Below the pieces are notes generated by a model. That model did no database searches. It saw only the letters and a program-made list of their open reading frames with translations, and was not told the DNA's origin. From positions 902 to 64,901 of the forward strand of contig DASYKI010000001.1 in the NCBI GenBank assembly GCA_035995545.1: a DNA stretch of 64,000 nucleotides, read 5' to 3'. Numbering within the stretch: the stretch's first letter is position 1; each line of letters begins with the position of its first letter. Shown here in pieces: positions 56,640 to 64,000 of this stretch. The position numbers and the translations under genes were made by a program. Origin of the DNA: Candidatus Dormiibacterota bacterium (lineage in GTDB: Bacteria > Chloroflexota > Dormibacteria > Aeolococcales > Aeolococcaceae).

Positions 56640-57911
56640 GTGGAGCCTGGCGCCGCAGTGACTGATGCCACCGGCGCGAGCGGGCCGGTGCGGCCCGACG
56701 CCGCCGCGCTGCTGGCGCATGCGATGGGACACCTGCTGCAGCTGCAGCGCGGCGGTGCATCCCCCGTCATCCTCGCGCCCGAGGCCGCGGCCGCCGGCCG
56801 CCGCTGCCTCGCCGCCGACCGCACCGCGACGACCGGATTCACCACCGAGACGTGGGTGAGCACGGACGCCGATCAGGCGCGACCCGGCGCCCTGGACGCC
56901 GCCGAGCGTCTCGCCGTCGACGCCGCTCTCGCCGGGGGGCGCCCGGTGCTCGACGGACGCGTGCTCGCCGTCCCCTGCCTGGCCGGCGAACGGCGGCTCG
57001 GCGCCATGGTGGCGAGCATCTCGAAGCGGGCGGAGGTTTCCACGGGTGAGGCTGTGGCCGTCCTGCTGGCGCTGGGCACGGTGGTGGGCGTGGCGACGGG
57101 CACGAGGTCGGCCGCGGCGGACGTCGAGAACCAGGCCCTCCGCGCCGAGGCCCACCGCGCCGCCGAGCTGGAGCGGGCCAAGTCGAACCTGCTCAACCTG
57201 GCTGCCCACGAGCTGCGCGGCCCCGTCGCCGTCGCCCGCGGCTACGCGTCGATGCTCGCCGACAGCAGCTTCGACAAGGCCGACCTCCAGGCCACCAGGC
57301 GGGCGGCCGCGGTCGTCTTCGCCAAGCTCGGCGAGGTCAACAACCTGATCGACCAGATGCTCGAATCGGCGCGCCTCGACGACCGGCGCCTGGAGCTGGC
57401 CCTGCGCCGCTTCGACGTCCGCGGCACCATCCGCCAGGTCGCCGCCACGCTGGCCCCGCTCGCCCACCGCCACGCCATCCGGATCAACCGTCTTGACGAG
57501 CCGCTGATGGTCGACGCCGACCCCGACCGCGTCGCCACCATCCTCACCAACCTGCTGGACAACGCCTGCAAATACTCGCCCGGCCGCGAGGAGGTCGAGG
57601 TGCACACCGGGCGGCGCGGTGACATGGTGGAGGTGGTCGTCACCGACCACGGGTTCGGCATCGCCGACGCGGACCTGCCGCGGGTGTTCGAGCGCTTCAG
57701 CCGGATCGTCACCGCGGAGAACAGCCACATCCAGGGAACCGGGCTCGGCCTGCACCTGTGCCGCGAGCTGGCACGCATGCACGGCGGCGACATCACCGTT
57801 CGCTCCCGGTTGGGCGAGGGAAGCACCTTCACCCTCACCCTGCCCGCCGCCCCGGCGCCTCAGTCGGTTTCGGAGGCCAGCTCGGCGAGGAAGCGCTCGG
57901 GCGGCACGTAG
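56640..57911 (+). CDS. sensor histidine kinase (GAF-like N-term + HisKA + HATPase_c)
   Basis: The H-box NLAAHELRGPVAV, the N-box NLLDNACKYS, and G-boxes DHGFGI / GTGLGL. Confidence 0.8.
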   Translation: MEPGAAVTDATGASGPVRPDAAALLAHAMGHLLQLQRGGASPVILAPEAAAAGRRCLAADRTATTGFTTETWVSTDADQARPGALDAAERLAVDAALAGGRPVLDGRVLAVPCLAGERRLGAMVASISKRAEVSTGEAVAVLLALGTVVGVATGTRSAAADVENQALRAEAHRAAELERAKSNLLNLAAHELRGPVAVARGYASMLADSSFDKADLQATRRAAAVVFAKLGEVNNLIDQMLESARLDDRRLELALRRFDVRGTIRQVAATLAPLAHRHAIRINRLDEPLMVDADPDRVATILTNLLDNACKYSPGREEVEVHTGRRGDMVEVVVTDHGFGIADADLPRVFERFSRIVTAENSHIQGTGLGLHLCRELARMHGGDITVRSRLGEGSTFTLTLPAAPAPQSVSEASSARKRSGGT

Positions 57912-58465
57912 AGCGGGTTGGCCCGGACCACGGTGTCGGCGATCATCAGGATGGGGTGGGTCTGCGTCCCGCCGTGGATCAGCTGCGGGCCGGTGAGGGT
58001 GGGGACGCCGTAGGTGCAGACGATCGCGGCCGGGTAGGCCATCACCACCTTGTTGACCCGCGACTCGAACTCCAGGATGGTGCGGTCGTCGGGCCATCCC
58101 GGCTGGCCCCAGGCGATGAAACCGAGGAAGCGGATCGCCCTGCAGCCCTCCGCCACCGCGCGGTCGAGCTCGCCGCCGATGCCGCTGAGCAGCGAGGGGA
58201 GGTCGGGTGCGCCGCCGATCAGCAGCAGCCTTCGGTTGCGCACGCGCTCGACCACGTCGCCGTCGTAGCCCTCCTGCAGCCACGCCAGCAGCCCGTCGAA
58301 GCGCGATGCGTCGGCGAAGATCACGCCGACCTCGTCGGGCTCGTCCAGCCCCGCCCGGATGAAGGCCAGGGTGCGCTTGAGGACGTCGTCGCCGCTGTAG
58401 AAGTAGCAGACGTGCGAGCCGATGGGGATGCGGTCGTCGGACCAGCCGAGTGTCAGTTCCTGCAT
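57860..58465 (-). CDS. MEDS-domain protein
   Basis: The protein starts MQELTLGWSDDRIPIGSHVCYFYSGDDVLKRTLAFIRAGL... and is MEDS-like. It is convergent with the HK gene, with a predicted 3'-end overlap of about 52 nt. The long N-terminal extension of ORF 57860..60406 was rejected. Confidence 0.65.
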   Translation of the reverse strand: MQELTLGWSDDRIPIGSHVCYFYSGDDVLKRTLAFIRAGLDEPDEVGVIFADASRFDGLLAWLQEGYDGDVVERVRNRRLLLIGGAPDLPSLLSGIGGELDRAVAEGCRAIRFLGFIAWGQPGWPDDRTILEFESRVNKVVMAYPAAIVCTYGVPTLTGPQLIHGGTQTHPILMIADTVVRANPLYVPPERFLAELASETD

Positions 58466-58494
58466 GGTGGTTCGGGGTACCGCCGACGCTCGGC

Positions 58495-60564
58495 CTAGGC
58501 CGCGCCGGCGGCGTGCTTGCGGCGCTGCGACACGTAGTCGACGAGGATGTAGTCGCCGAGGCGGTCGGGGCTGATGAAGAAGGCGCGCCCGCGATTGAGC
58601 CGGGTCATCTGGTTGACGAACTGCACCAGGTGGTAGTTCGACTCCAGCATGAAGGTGTTGATGACGATGTTCTCGCGGGTGCAGCGCTGCACCTCGACCA
58701 GCGTCTTCTGGAAGGTCTCCGGCAGCGGCGGGTAGAAGAACACCGCGCGCGACCCCTCCATGTGCGCGGTGGGCTCGCCGTCGCTGACGATGATGATCTG
58801 CTTGTTCTGGCCGTGGTAGCGGGAGAGGAGGTGGCGCGCCAGCATCAGGCCGTGCTGCATGTTGGTGCCGTACACGTACTCGTTGACGCTGAGCTGCGGC
58901 AGCGCTGACGGCGCGATCTCGCGCGCGTAGTCGCTGAAGCCGATGACGTGCAGGGTGTCGCGGGGGAACTGGGTGCGGATCAGCGAATCCAGGGCCAGGG
59001 CGACCTTCTTCGCCGCGTAGAAGTAGCCGCGCAGCGGCATGGAGCGCGACATGTCCAGCATCAGCACGGTGCTCGACCGCGCCAGCGATTCGGTGCGGTG
59101 CACCTCGAAGTCGTCGGGCGACAGTCGCGGCGTGCGCCACTCGCCGCCGGTGCCCACGGTGATGCGCCCCTCGCGGTGGGCCTCTGCGGCCTCGCGGCGC
59201 AGCGCGTTCATGATCGTCTTCTCGACGTCGAGGTCGAAGGGGTCGCCGAACTCGTAGGGCTTGCTCTCGTCGCTGCGCTCGCCACCGGCGCCGTCGTTGC
59301 GCACCGCGTGGTTGCCGAAGCGGTCGCGTCGCAGGCGGGCGAAGAGGTCGCCGAGCGCCTTCTGGCCGATGCGGCGCATGCCGCGCGCGGTGAGCTGGAA
59401 GCCGCGGCCGTCGCGCTGGATGAGGCCGGAGTCCTCCAGCTTCTTGGTGATCTGGGAGAGCTGATCGACGCTGCGCGCGGCCTCGTCGCCGAGCGCCTCG
59501 CGGAGCTGCTGGCGGGTGTGCTCGTCGAGCTCGTTGCCGCGGTAGGCGTCGCGCAGGGCGCGCTCCAGGTCCTCCATCGACTGCAGGCGACCCATGAGGT
59601 CCATCGCCTCGTCGAGGGGGAGCTGCTCGCCGCCGAAGAAGTTGTAGCGGTTGCCCAGGCGCTGCCGCGGTGAGAGCAGCTCCAGCGCACCGGCGAGCTG
59701 GGCGAGCTCGGCCTGCAGATCGGCGTCGCTGAACGCCGCCTGCATCAGCTCGCCGAGCTGCTGGCGCATCTCCGGCGACAGCGACTGCATCAGCGAGTCC
59801 ATGCGGGCCATCTGCCGCTGCAGGTCCTCGAGGAACTCGTCGAAGGTGTCGGGCGCGTTGGGGAAGAGCTGGCTCCACTTCTGCTTGAACTGCTCGTAGG
59901 ACGCCTGCAGCTGGTCGGGTGGGACGCCGTCGAGCTTCTGGCGCATCAGGCCGTTGAGGTCGCGCACCATCTCGCGCATCGCCTGCATGTCGCCCTGCGA
60001 CATGTTCTGCAGCGACTGCTGCATGTCCTTGAAGTACGTGTCGACAACGCCCTTCTTCAACTCCTCGAGCAGCTCCTGGAACTTCTGCTCGGCGCGCGGG
60101 TCCATGAACTCGTAGTCCTGGAGCTGCTTGATGGCGCCGCCGGGCTCGGGCGGCAGGTTGTCGAGAGTCTCCCGGCGCTTGCGCGCGACACGTTCGAGAA
60201 CCCGTTGTGCGGTCTCGTCTTTCGCCGAGTCGATGCGCTCGTCGATGCCCTGGCGCTCGGTGCGGATGACGTTGTCCAGCTTCTCCTGGATGTCCTTGAA
60301 GACGCCGTCGAGGTTGAAGCGCTCCAGCTGCTGCTGGCGGCGGCGGCGGAGCTGCTCCATCATCTCTTCGAGGCCCTGCAGGCGGCGGCCGTTGCGGTCG
60401 CGCCATCCCTGCGACAGCAGGCGCCGCAGCGCGGACTCGAAGTCCCAGCCGTGGAAGACGTCCTCGCTCAGGCGGCCGAAGAGCTCGTCGACGTCGGGGC
60501 CGAGGGGATCCTGGGTGCCGTCCCAGGTGTGGAAGCGATGCGGCCGGAAATCCGGAGCGGCCAT
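58495..60564 (-). CDS. VWA-domain protein (ChlD/BchD/CobT-like chelatase subunit partner of the adjacent AAA+ ATPase)
   Basis: The C-terminal VWA/MIDAS reads STVLMLDMSRSM...IIIVSDGEPT. There is a long charged coiled-coil/acidic N-terminal region. Confidence 0.75.
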   Translation of the reverse strand: MAAPDFRPHRFHTWDGTQDPLGPDVDELFGRLSEDVFHGWDFESALRRLLSQGWRDRNGRRLQGLEEMMEQLRRRRQQQLERFNLDGVFKDIQEKLDNVIRTERQGIDERIDSAKDETAQRVLERVARKRRETLDNLPPEPGGAIKQLQDYEFMDPRAEQKFQELLEELKKGVVDTYFKDMQQSLQNMSQGDMQAMREMVRDLNGLMRQKLDGVPPDQLQASYEQFKQKWSQLFPNAPDTFDEFLEDLQRQMARMDSLMQSLSPEMRQQLGELMQAAFSDADLQAELAQLAGALELLSPRQRLGNRYNFFGGEQLPLDEAMDLMGRLQSMEDLERALRDAYRGNELDEHTRQQLREALGDEAARSVDQLSQITKKLEDSGLIQRDGRGFQLTARGMRRIGQKALGDLFARLRRDRFGNHAVRNDGAGGERSDESKPYEFGDPFDLDVEKTIMNALRREAAEAHREGRITVGTGGEWRTPRLSPDDFEVHRTESLARSSTVLMLDMSRSMPLRGYFYAAKKVALALDSLIRTQFPRDTLHVIGFSDYAREIAPSALPQLSVNEYVYGTNMQHGLMLARHLLSRYHGQNKQIIIVSDGEPTAHMEGSRAVFFYPPLPETFQKTLVEVQRCTRENIVINTFMLESNYHLVQFVNQMTRLNRGRAFFISPDRLGDYILVDYVSQRRKHAAGAA

Positions 60565-60573
60565 GTGGGCGCG

Positions 60574-61974
60574 CTATCCCCCGTAGATCGTGCTGCCGTC
60601 GATGGGCGTCTTGTTGAGACGCTTCGACAGGTGCAGGCCTTCGAGCACGAACTCCAGTGCGGCAGCGCGGCTGGCCGCCGTCGACGGCTCGTCGAGCTTG
60701 CTCATCACCTTGTCCATGCCGGGCAGCTCGCGCAACGCGGCCTCGTAGTTGTCGGCGGCGCCGTGGTCACTGACTTCGACGGTGAAGCCGCCGCGGTCGA
60801 AGCGCTGCACCAGCTCGGTGAACTCCTGCACGGTGAAGTGACGGCGGAAGACGTTGCTCGACGCGGTGCGGATGATCTTCTCCAGCACCGAGGAGTCGTC
60901 GTTCTCCTCCCACGTCTCCAGCTCCAGCTTGCCGGCGCTCGACGGCACCAGGGCGGGCAGGTCGCTGATCCGCGGCACCGCCTCCTTCTCGCCGGTCTTG
61001 ATGGCCCGGCGCAGCGCGTTGGCGATGAGGTTCTCGTAGTTGGCGATGCTGACGCGCACCGAGACACCCGAGCGCTGGTTGACCTGCGGGTTGCGCCGGG
61101 CGAGATGGGTGATCTCGGCGACGATCTCCTTCATGTACCCGGGGACGCGCACCGTCGCCGGCGAGTCCTCGAAGTACATGCTCTCCTGCTCGACGATGGC
61201 GATCTCGTGGTCCAGCGTCTTGGGATAGTGGGTGCGGATCTGCGCCCCGAAGCGGTCCTTCAGCGGCGTGATGATGCGGCCGCGGTTGGTGTAGTCCTCG
61301 GGATTGGCGGTGGCCACCACGTAGACGTCGAGCGGCAGCCGGATGCGGTAGCCGCGGATCTGCACGTCGCGCTCTTCGATGATGTTGAGCAGGCCGACCT
61401 GGATGCGCTCGGCGAGGTCGGGCAGCTCGTTGATGGCGAAGATGCCGCGGTTGGTGCGCGGCACCAGGCCGTAGTGGATGGTCAGCTCGTCGCTGAGGTA
61501 CCGGCCCTCGGCGACCTTCACCGGGTCCACCTCGCCGATCAGGTCGGCGATCGAGGTGTCCGGCGTGGCCAGCTTCTCGCTGTAGCGCCGGTCGCGGTGC
61601 ACCCAGGCGATGGGCGCCTCGTCACCCTGCTGCTCGACCAGCTCGCGGCAGCGCCGGCAGATCGGCTGATAGGGATCGTCGTTGATCTCGCAGCCGGCCA
61701 GCGCGGGGATGTTCTCGTCGAGCAGCGACACCAGGGCGCGCACCAGTCGCGACTTGGCCTGGCCGCGCTCGCCGAGCAGCACGATGTCCTGCCCCGCGAG
61801 GATGGCGTTCTCCAGCTGCGGCACCACCGTGTCCTCGTACCCACGGATCTCCGGGAACAGCGGCTCACCGGCGCTGAGCTTGCGGATCAGGTTGCGACGC
61901 AGCTCCGCCTTGACGGTGTCGACGCGGTACTCGGAACGGCGAAGCTCGCCGACGGTCGCGGGTAGGGTGGCCAC
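60574..61974 (-). CDS. ChlI/BchI-like AAA+ ATPase (Mg-chelatase-family)
   Basis: The P-loop GERGQAKSRLVRAL, then IFAINELPDLAERIQVGLLNIIEER...VVATANPEDYTNRGRIITPLKDRFG, which is the BchI-type sensor / NPEEG...LLDRFG pattern. Confidence 0.75.
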   Translation of the reverse strand: MATLPATVGELRRSEYRVDTVKAELRRNLIRKLSAGEPLFPEIRGYEDTVVPQLENAILAGQDIVLLGERGQAKSRLVRALVSLLDENIPALAGCEINDDPYQPICRRCRELVEQQGDEAPIAWVHRDRRYSEKLATPDTSIADLIGEVDPVKVAEGRYLSDELTIHYGLVPRTNRGIFAINELPDLAERIQVGLLNIIEERDVQIRGYRIRLPLDVYVVATANPEDYTNRGRIITPLKDRFGAQIRTHYPKTLDHEIAIVEQESMYFEDSPATVRVPGYMKEIVAEITHLARRNPQVNQRSGVSVRVSIANYENLIANALRRAIKTGEKEAVPRISDLPALVPSSAGKLELETWEENDDSSVLEKIIRTASSNVFRRHFTVQEFTELVQRFDRGGFTVEVSDHGAADNYEAALRELPGMDKVMSKLDEPSTAASRAAALEFVLEGLHLSKRLNKTPIDGSTIYGG

Positions 61975-62115
61975 ATCTGCCCTCGGGTGCGCGCTGGGTT
62001 CGGACGGCCAGCGTACACCCGCAGGGCGGCGCAGCAGGCACCCGTGTCAGGGGAGCAGCGCCAGGCTCTCGCAGTGCTTGGGACGCACGGCGCCGAAGTG
62101 CCGCGAGCGGGACGG

Positions 62116-63579
62116 CTAGACCATCGCCTCTTCGGCGGCCGCTTCGAGGCGGCGCACGCGGCGTGCGGCGCGCAGCCGCTCGACCAGGCGCGACGCGATC
62201 TCCGGGTCCTGGCCGAAGTGCAGCTGCACCAGGGACGCCACCAGGGTGGGCGACGTCCATCCCTCGCAGCCGAGGGGTTCGCCGTCGCAGTCGTGCATCG
62301 AATAGGCGGCGCGGAAGCGGTCGGTCTCGGTCAGCAGCGAGGAGAAGTGGAACTCGTGGCCGCGCAGGCGGGTGCTGGCCGGGCCGAGCAGGCAGTCGCT
62401 CATCAGGCGGACATCGCGGTAGCCCATGCGCGGGGTGTCGCTCAGGGCGATGTCGACCGGCAGCAGGCCGGCCATGTCGTGGACGGCGCCGTCACCTGTG
62501 CGCACCGTGCGCGACAGCAGCAGGACGCCGCCGCACTCCGCGTAGATCGGCAGTCCCTGCTGGTGGGCGCGCACCACGGAGTCGAGGAGGCCGCGGTTGC
62601 GGGCCAGCTGGGGAGCGAACACCTCTGAGAAGCCGCCGCCGAAGTACAGCCCGTCGAGGTCGCGCGGGATGCTGCGCTCCTCCAGCGGCGAGAACGGCAC
62701 GATCTCGCAGCCGGCGTCCTCGAGCAGCTCGAGGTTCTCCGGGTAGTAGAAGCAGAACGCGTCGTCGAAGGCGACACCGAGCCGGACCGGGCCGCCGAGG
62801 TTGACCGACACCACCGGGCGCGGCGCCGGCGCCAGCGGCTCGGCGGCGGAGAGCAGGCGCTCGATGAGGTCGAGGTCGCAGTGGCGCTCGACGGCCTGGC
62901 CGAGGCGGTCGAGGGCGATGTCGATGTCGGGGTTCTCGGTCAGCGGCAGCAGGCCCATGCGCAGCTCGGGGATCCGCACCGGCTCCATGCGCGGCAGCGA
63001 GCCCAGCACCGGGAGCGTGGCCAGCTCCCACACCGCGTCCTCGACGATGCGGCGGTGGTAGTCGCTGGGCACCTCGTTGAGGATGACCCCGATCAGCTTG
63101 AGCTTGGGGTCGAGCTGCCGGACACCGAGGGCGACGGCGGCGGCGGTCTCGGCCATCATCCGCACGTCGAGCACCAGCACCACGGGCGAGCTGGCCAGGC
63201 GGGCCACCTCGGCGGTGCTGCCGGGGAAGGCGTAGGCACCGGTGGCGCGGGCGGCGTCGGGCGAGAGGCCGTGGCCGTCGAAGAGGCCGCGATCGCCCTC
63301 GATGATGGCGGCGTCGGCGCCCATGCTGCCCTGCGCCAGCGAGCGGCGCAGCCCGTTGCCGCCGAGCATCCAGGCGTCGAGGTTGCGGCAGGGGCGCCGG
63401 CTGGCGTGCGACAGGTACGCGCTGTCGATCAGGTCCGGGCCGACCTTGAAGGTCTGCACTGTCCGTCCCCGCCCTGCCAGGGCGGCCACCAGGCCGAGAG
63501 CGACGGTGGTCTTGCCGGCCCCTGCATGCGCACCCGCCACGACAACTCGTGGGATGCGGACCTCATCGAACATGCTCAT
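62116..63579 (-). CDS. cobB: cobyrinate a,c-diamide synthase (CobB/CbiA)
   Basis: The N-terminal ATPase reads VVVAGAHAGAGKTTVALGLVAAL. The C-terminal GATase1 reads GLPIYAECGGVLLL...GHEFHF. The start is at MSMFDE (63579). Confidence 0.85.
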   Translation of the reverse strand: MSMFDEVRIPRVVVAGAHAGAGKTTVALGLVAALAGRGRTVQTFKVGPDLIDSAYLSHASRRPCRNLDAWMLGGNGLRRSLAQGSMGADAAIIEGDRGLFDGHGLSPDAARATGAYAFPGSTAEVARLASSPVVLVLDVRMMAETAAAVALGVRQLDPKLKLIGVILNEVPSDYHRRIVEDAVWELATLPVLGSLPRMEPVRIPELRMGLLPLTENPDIDIALDRLGQAVERHCDLDLIERLLSAAEPLAPAPRPVVSVNLGGPVRLGVAFDDAFCFYYPENLELLEDAGCEIVPFSPLEERSIPRDLDGLYFGGGFSEVFAPQLARNRGLLDSVVRAHQQGLPIYAECGGVLLLSRTVRTGDGAVHDMAGLLPVDIALSDTPRMGYRDVRLMSDCLLGPASTRLRGHEFHFSSLLTETDRFRAAYSMHDCDGEPLGCEGWTSPTLVASLVQLHFGQDPEIASRLVERLRAARRVRRLEAAAEEAMV

Positions 63580-63752
63580 CTTCTCCGCGCCCGGCCCCCG
63601 TTGCTGATGCGACAACGTCCAGAGCGACGCGACGGGGAAGAGTGACGCGGTGCGGTGGCGGGAGTCGCCGTCCGGTCTGGCTGTTGCACCGACGCTAACA
63701 CCGTCCCAAGACGCTGTAAAGCAGTCGAACCCACGATCTGCTGACCGATTGG

Positions 63753-64000
63753 TCAGGCTGTCGCGACCGCCACGGCGACTTCGGAGGCCACCACGATCGG
63801 CGCCGCGGTTGCCGCGGGTCGCAGGTCGCGCAGCCGCATGCGGACGCGCTCGCGCCCGTCCCACTCGTCGAGGTCGAGCCCGAAGCAGCAGTCGATGCGC
63901 CGGCCGCGGGGCAGGTGCGCCTCCACCCCCGGCTTGTTGAAGGCGATCGCCTCGGCGAGCCCGCCGCCCTCGTCGCGCAGCAGGACGCGGAGGTGCTGCC
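63753..64000 (-). CDS. C-terminal end of a RecJ-like protein (partial; continues beyond window end)
   Basis: An open minus frame to the window edge ends ...FGLDLDEWDGRERVRMRLRDLRPAA, which resembles the RecJ C-terminal fold. The call is weak because only about 80 aa are visible. Confidence 0.35.
   Translation of the reverse strand, partial: QHLRVLLRDEGGGLAEAIAFNKPGVEAHLPRGRRIDCCFGLDLDEWDGRERVRMRLRDLRPAATAAPIVVASEVAVAVATA

Noticed and set aside
1-64000. A scan for rRNA genes, CRISPR arrays and additional tRNAs.
   Set aside because: No rRNA-like conserved segments, no regularly spaced direct repeats with spacers, and no further cloverleaf candidates were recognised by eye. Only tRNA-Gln at 24257..24333 is supported.

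Overview
The window is a high-GC (about 70% or more) Actinomycetota-type chromosomal segment. I can support about 70 protein genes and one tRNA-Gln(CTG), and I see no rRNA and no CRISPR array. Three things stand out. (1) An accessory/defence island of about 11.4 kb (roughly 12.9-24.3 kb) sits at the 3' end of tRNA-Gln. It carries a VapBC module and a five-gene operon hsdM-hsdS-ptuA-ptuB-hsdR with 4-nt start/stop overlaps at every junction. That operon is a Type I R-M system with a Septu-like ATPase+HNH pair embedded in it. Its HsdR ends in a LexA-like S24 peptidase domain. The island also carries a Phd-VapC module and a decayed IS481-family transposase, but no integrase. (2) A compact Tad/Flp (type IVc) pilus operon, cpaE-like, cpaF, tadB, tadC, an unannotated flp pilin, tadE, tadG and cpaB, ends in a VirB4/TrbE-family ATPase. 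(3) The rest is chromosomal genes. These include otsA-otsB, a class A PBP, L25/Ctc, a fatty-acid desaturase, a CPA2 antiporter, cobB with a ChlI/ChlD-like chelatase pair, a Stf0-sulfotransferase fused to a 2OG-oxygenase in operon with an SDR, two HspR-like paralogues flanking an orphan receiver, and many regulators (ArsR, LuxR, TetR, XRE-MEDS, histidine kinase). Many long ORFs in the six-frame track are antisense or shadow frames typical of high-GC DNA and were not called.
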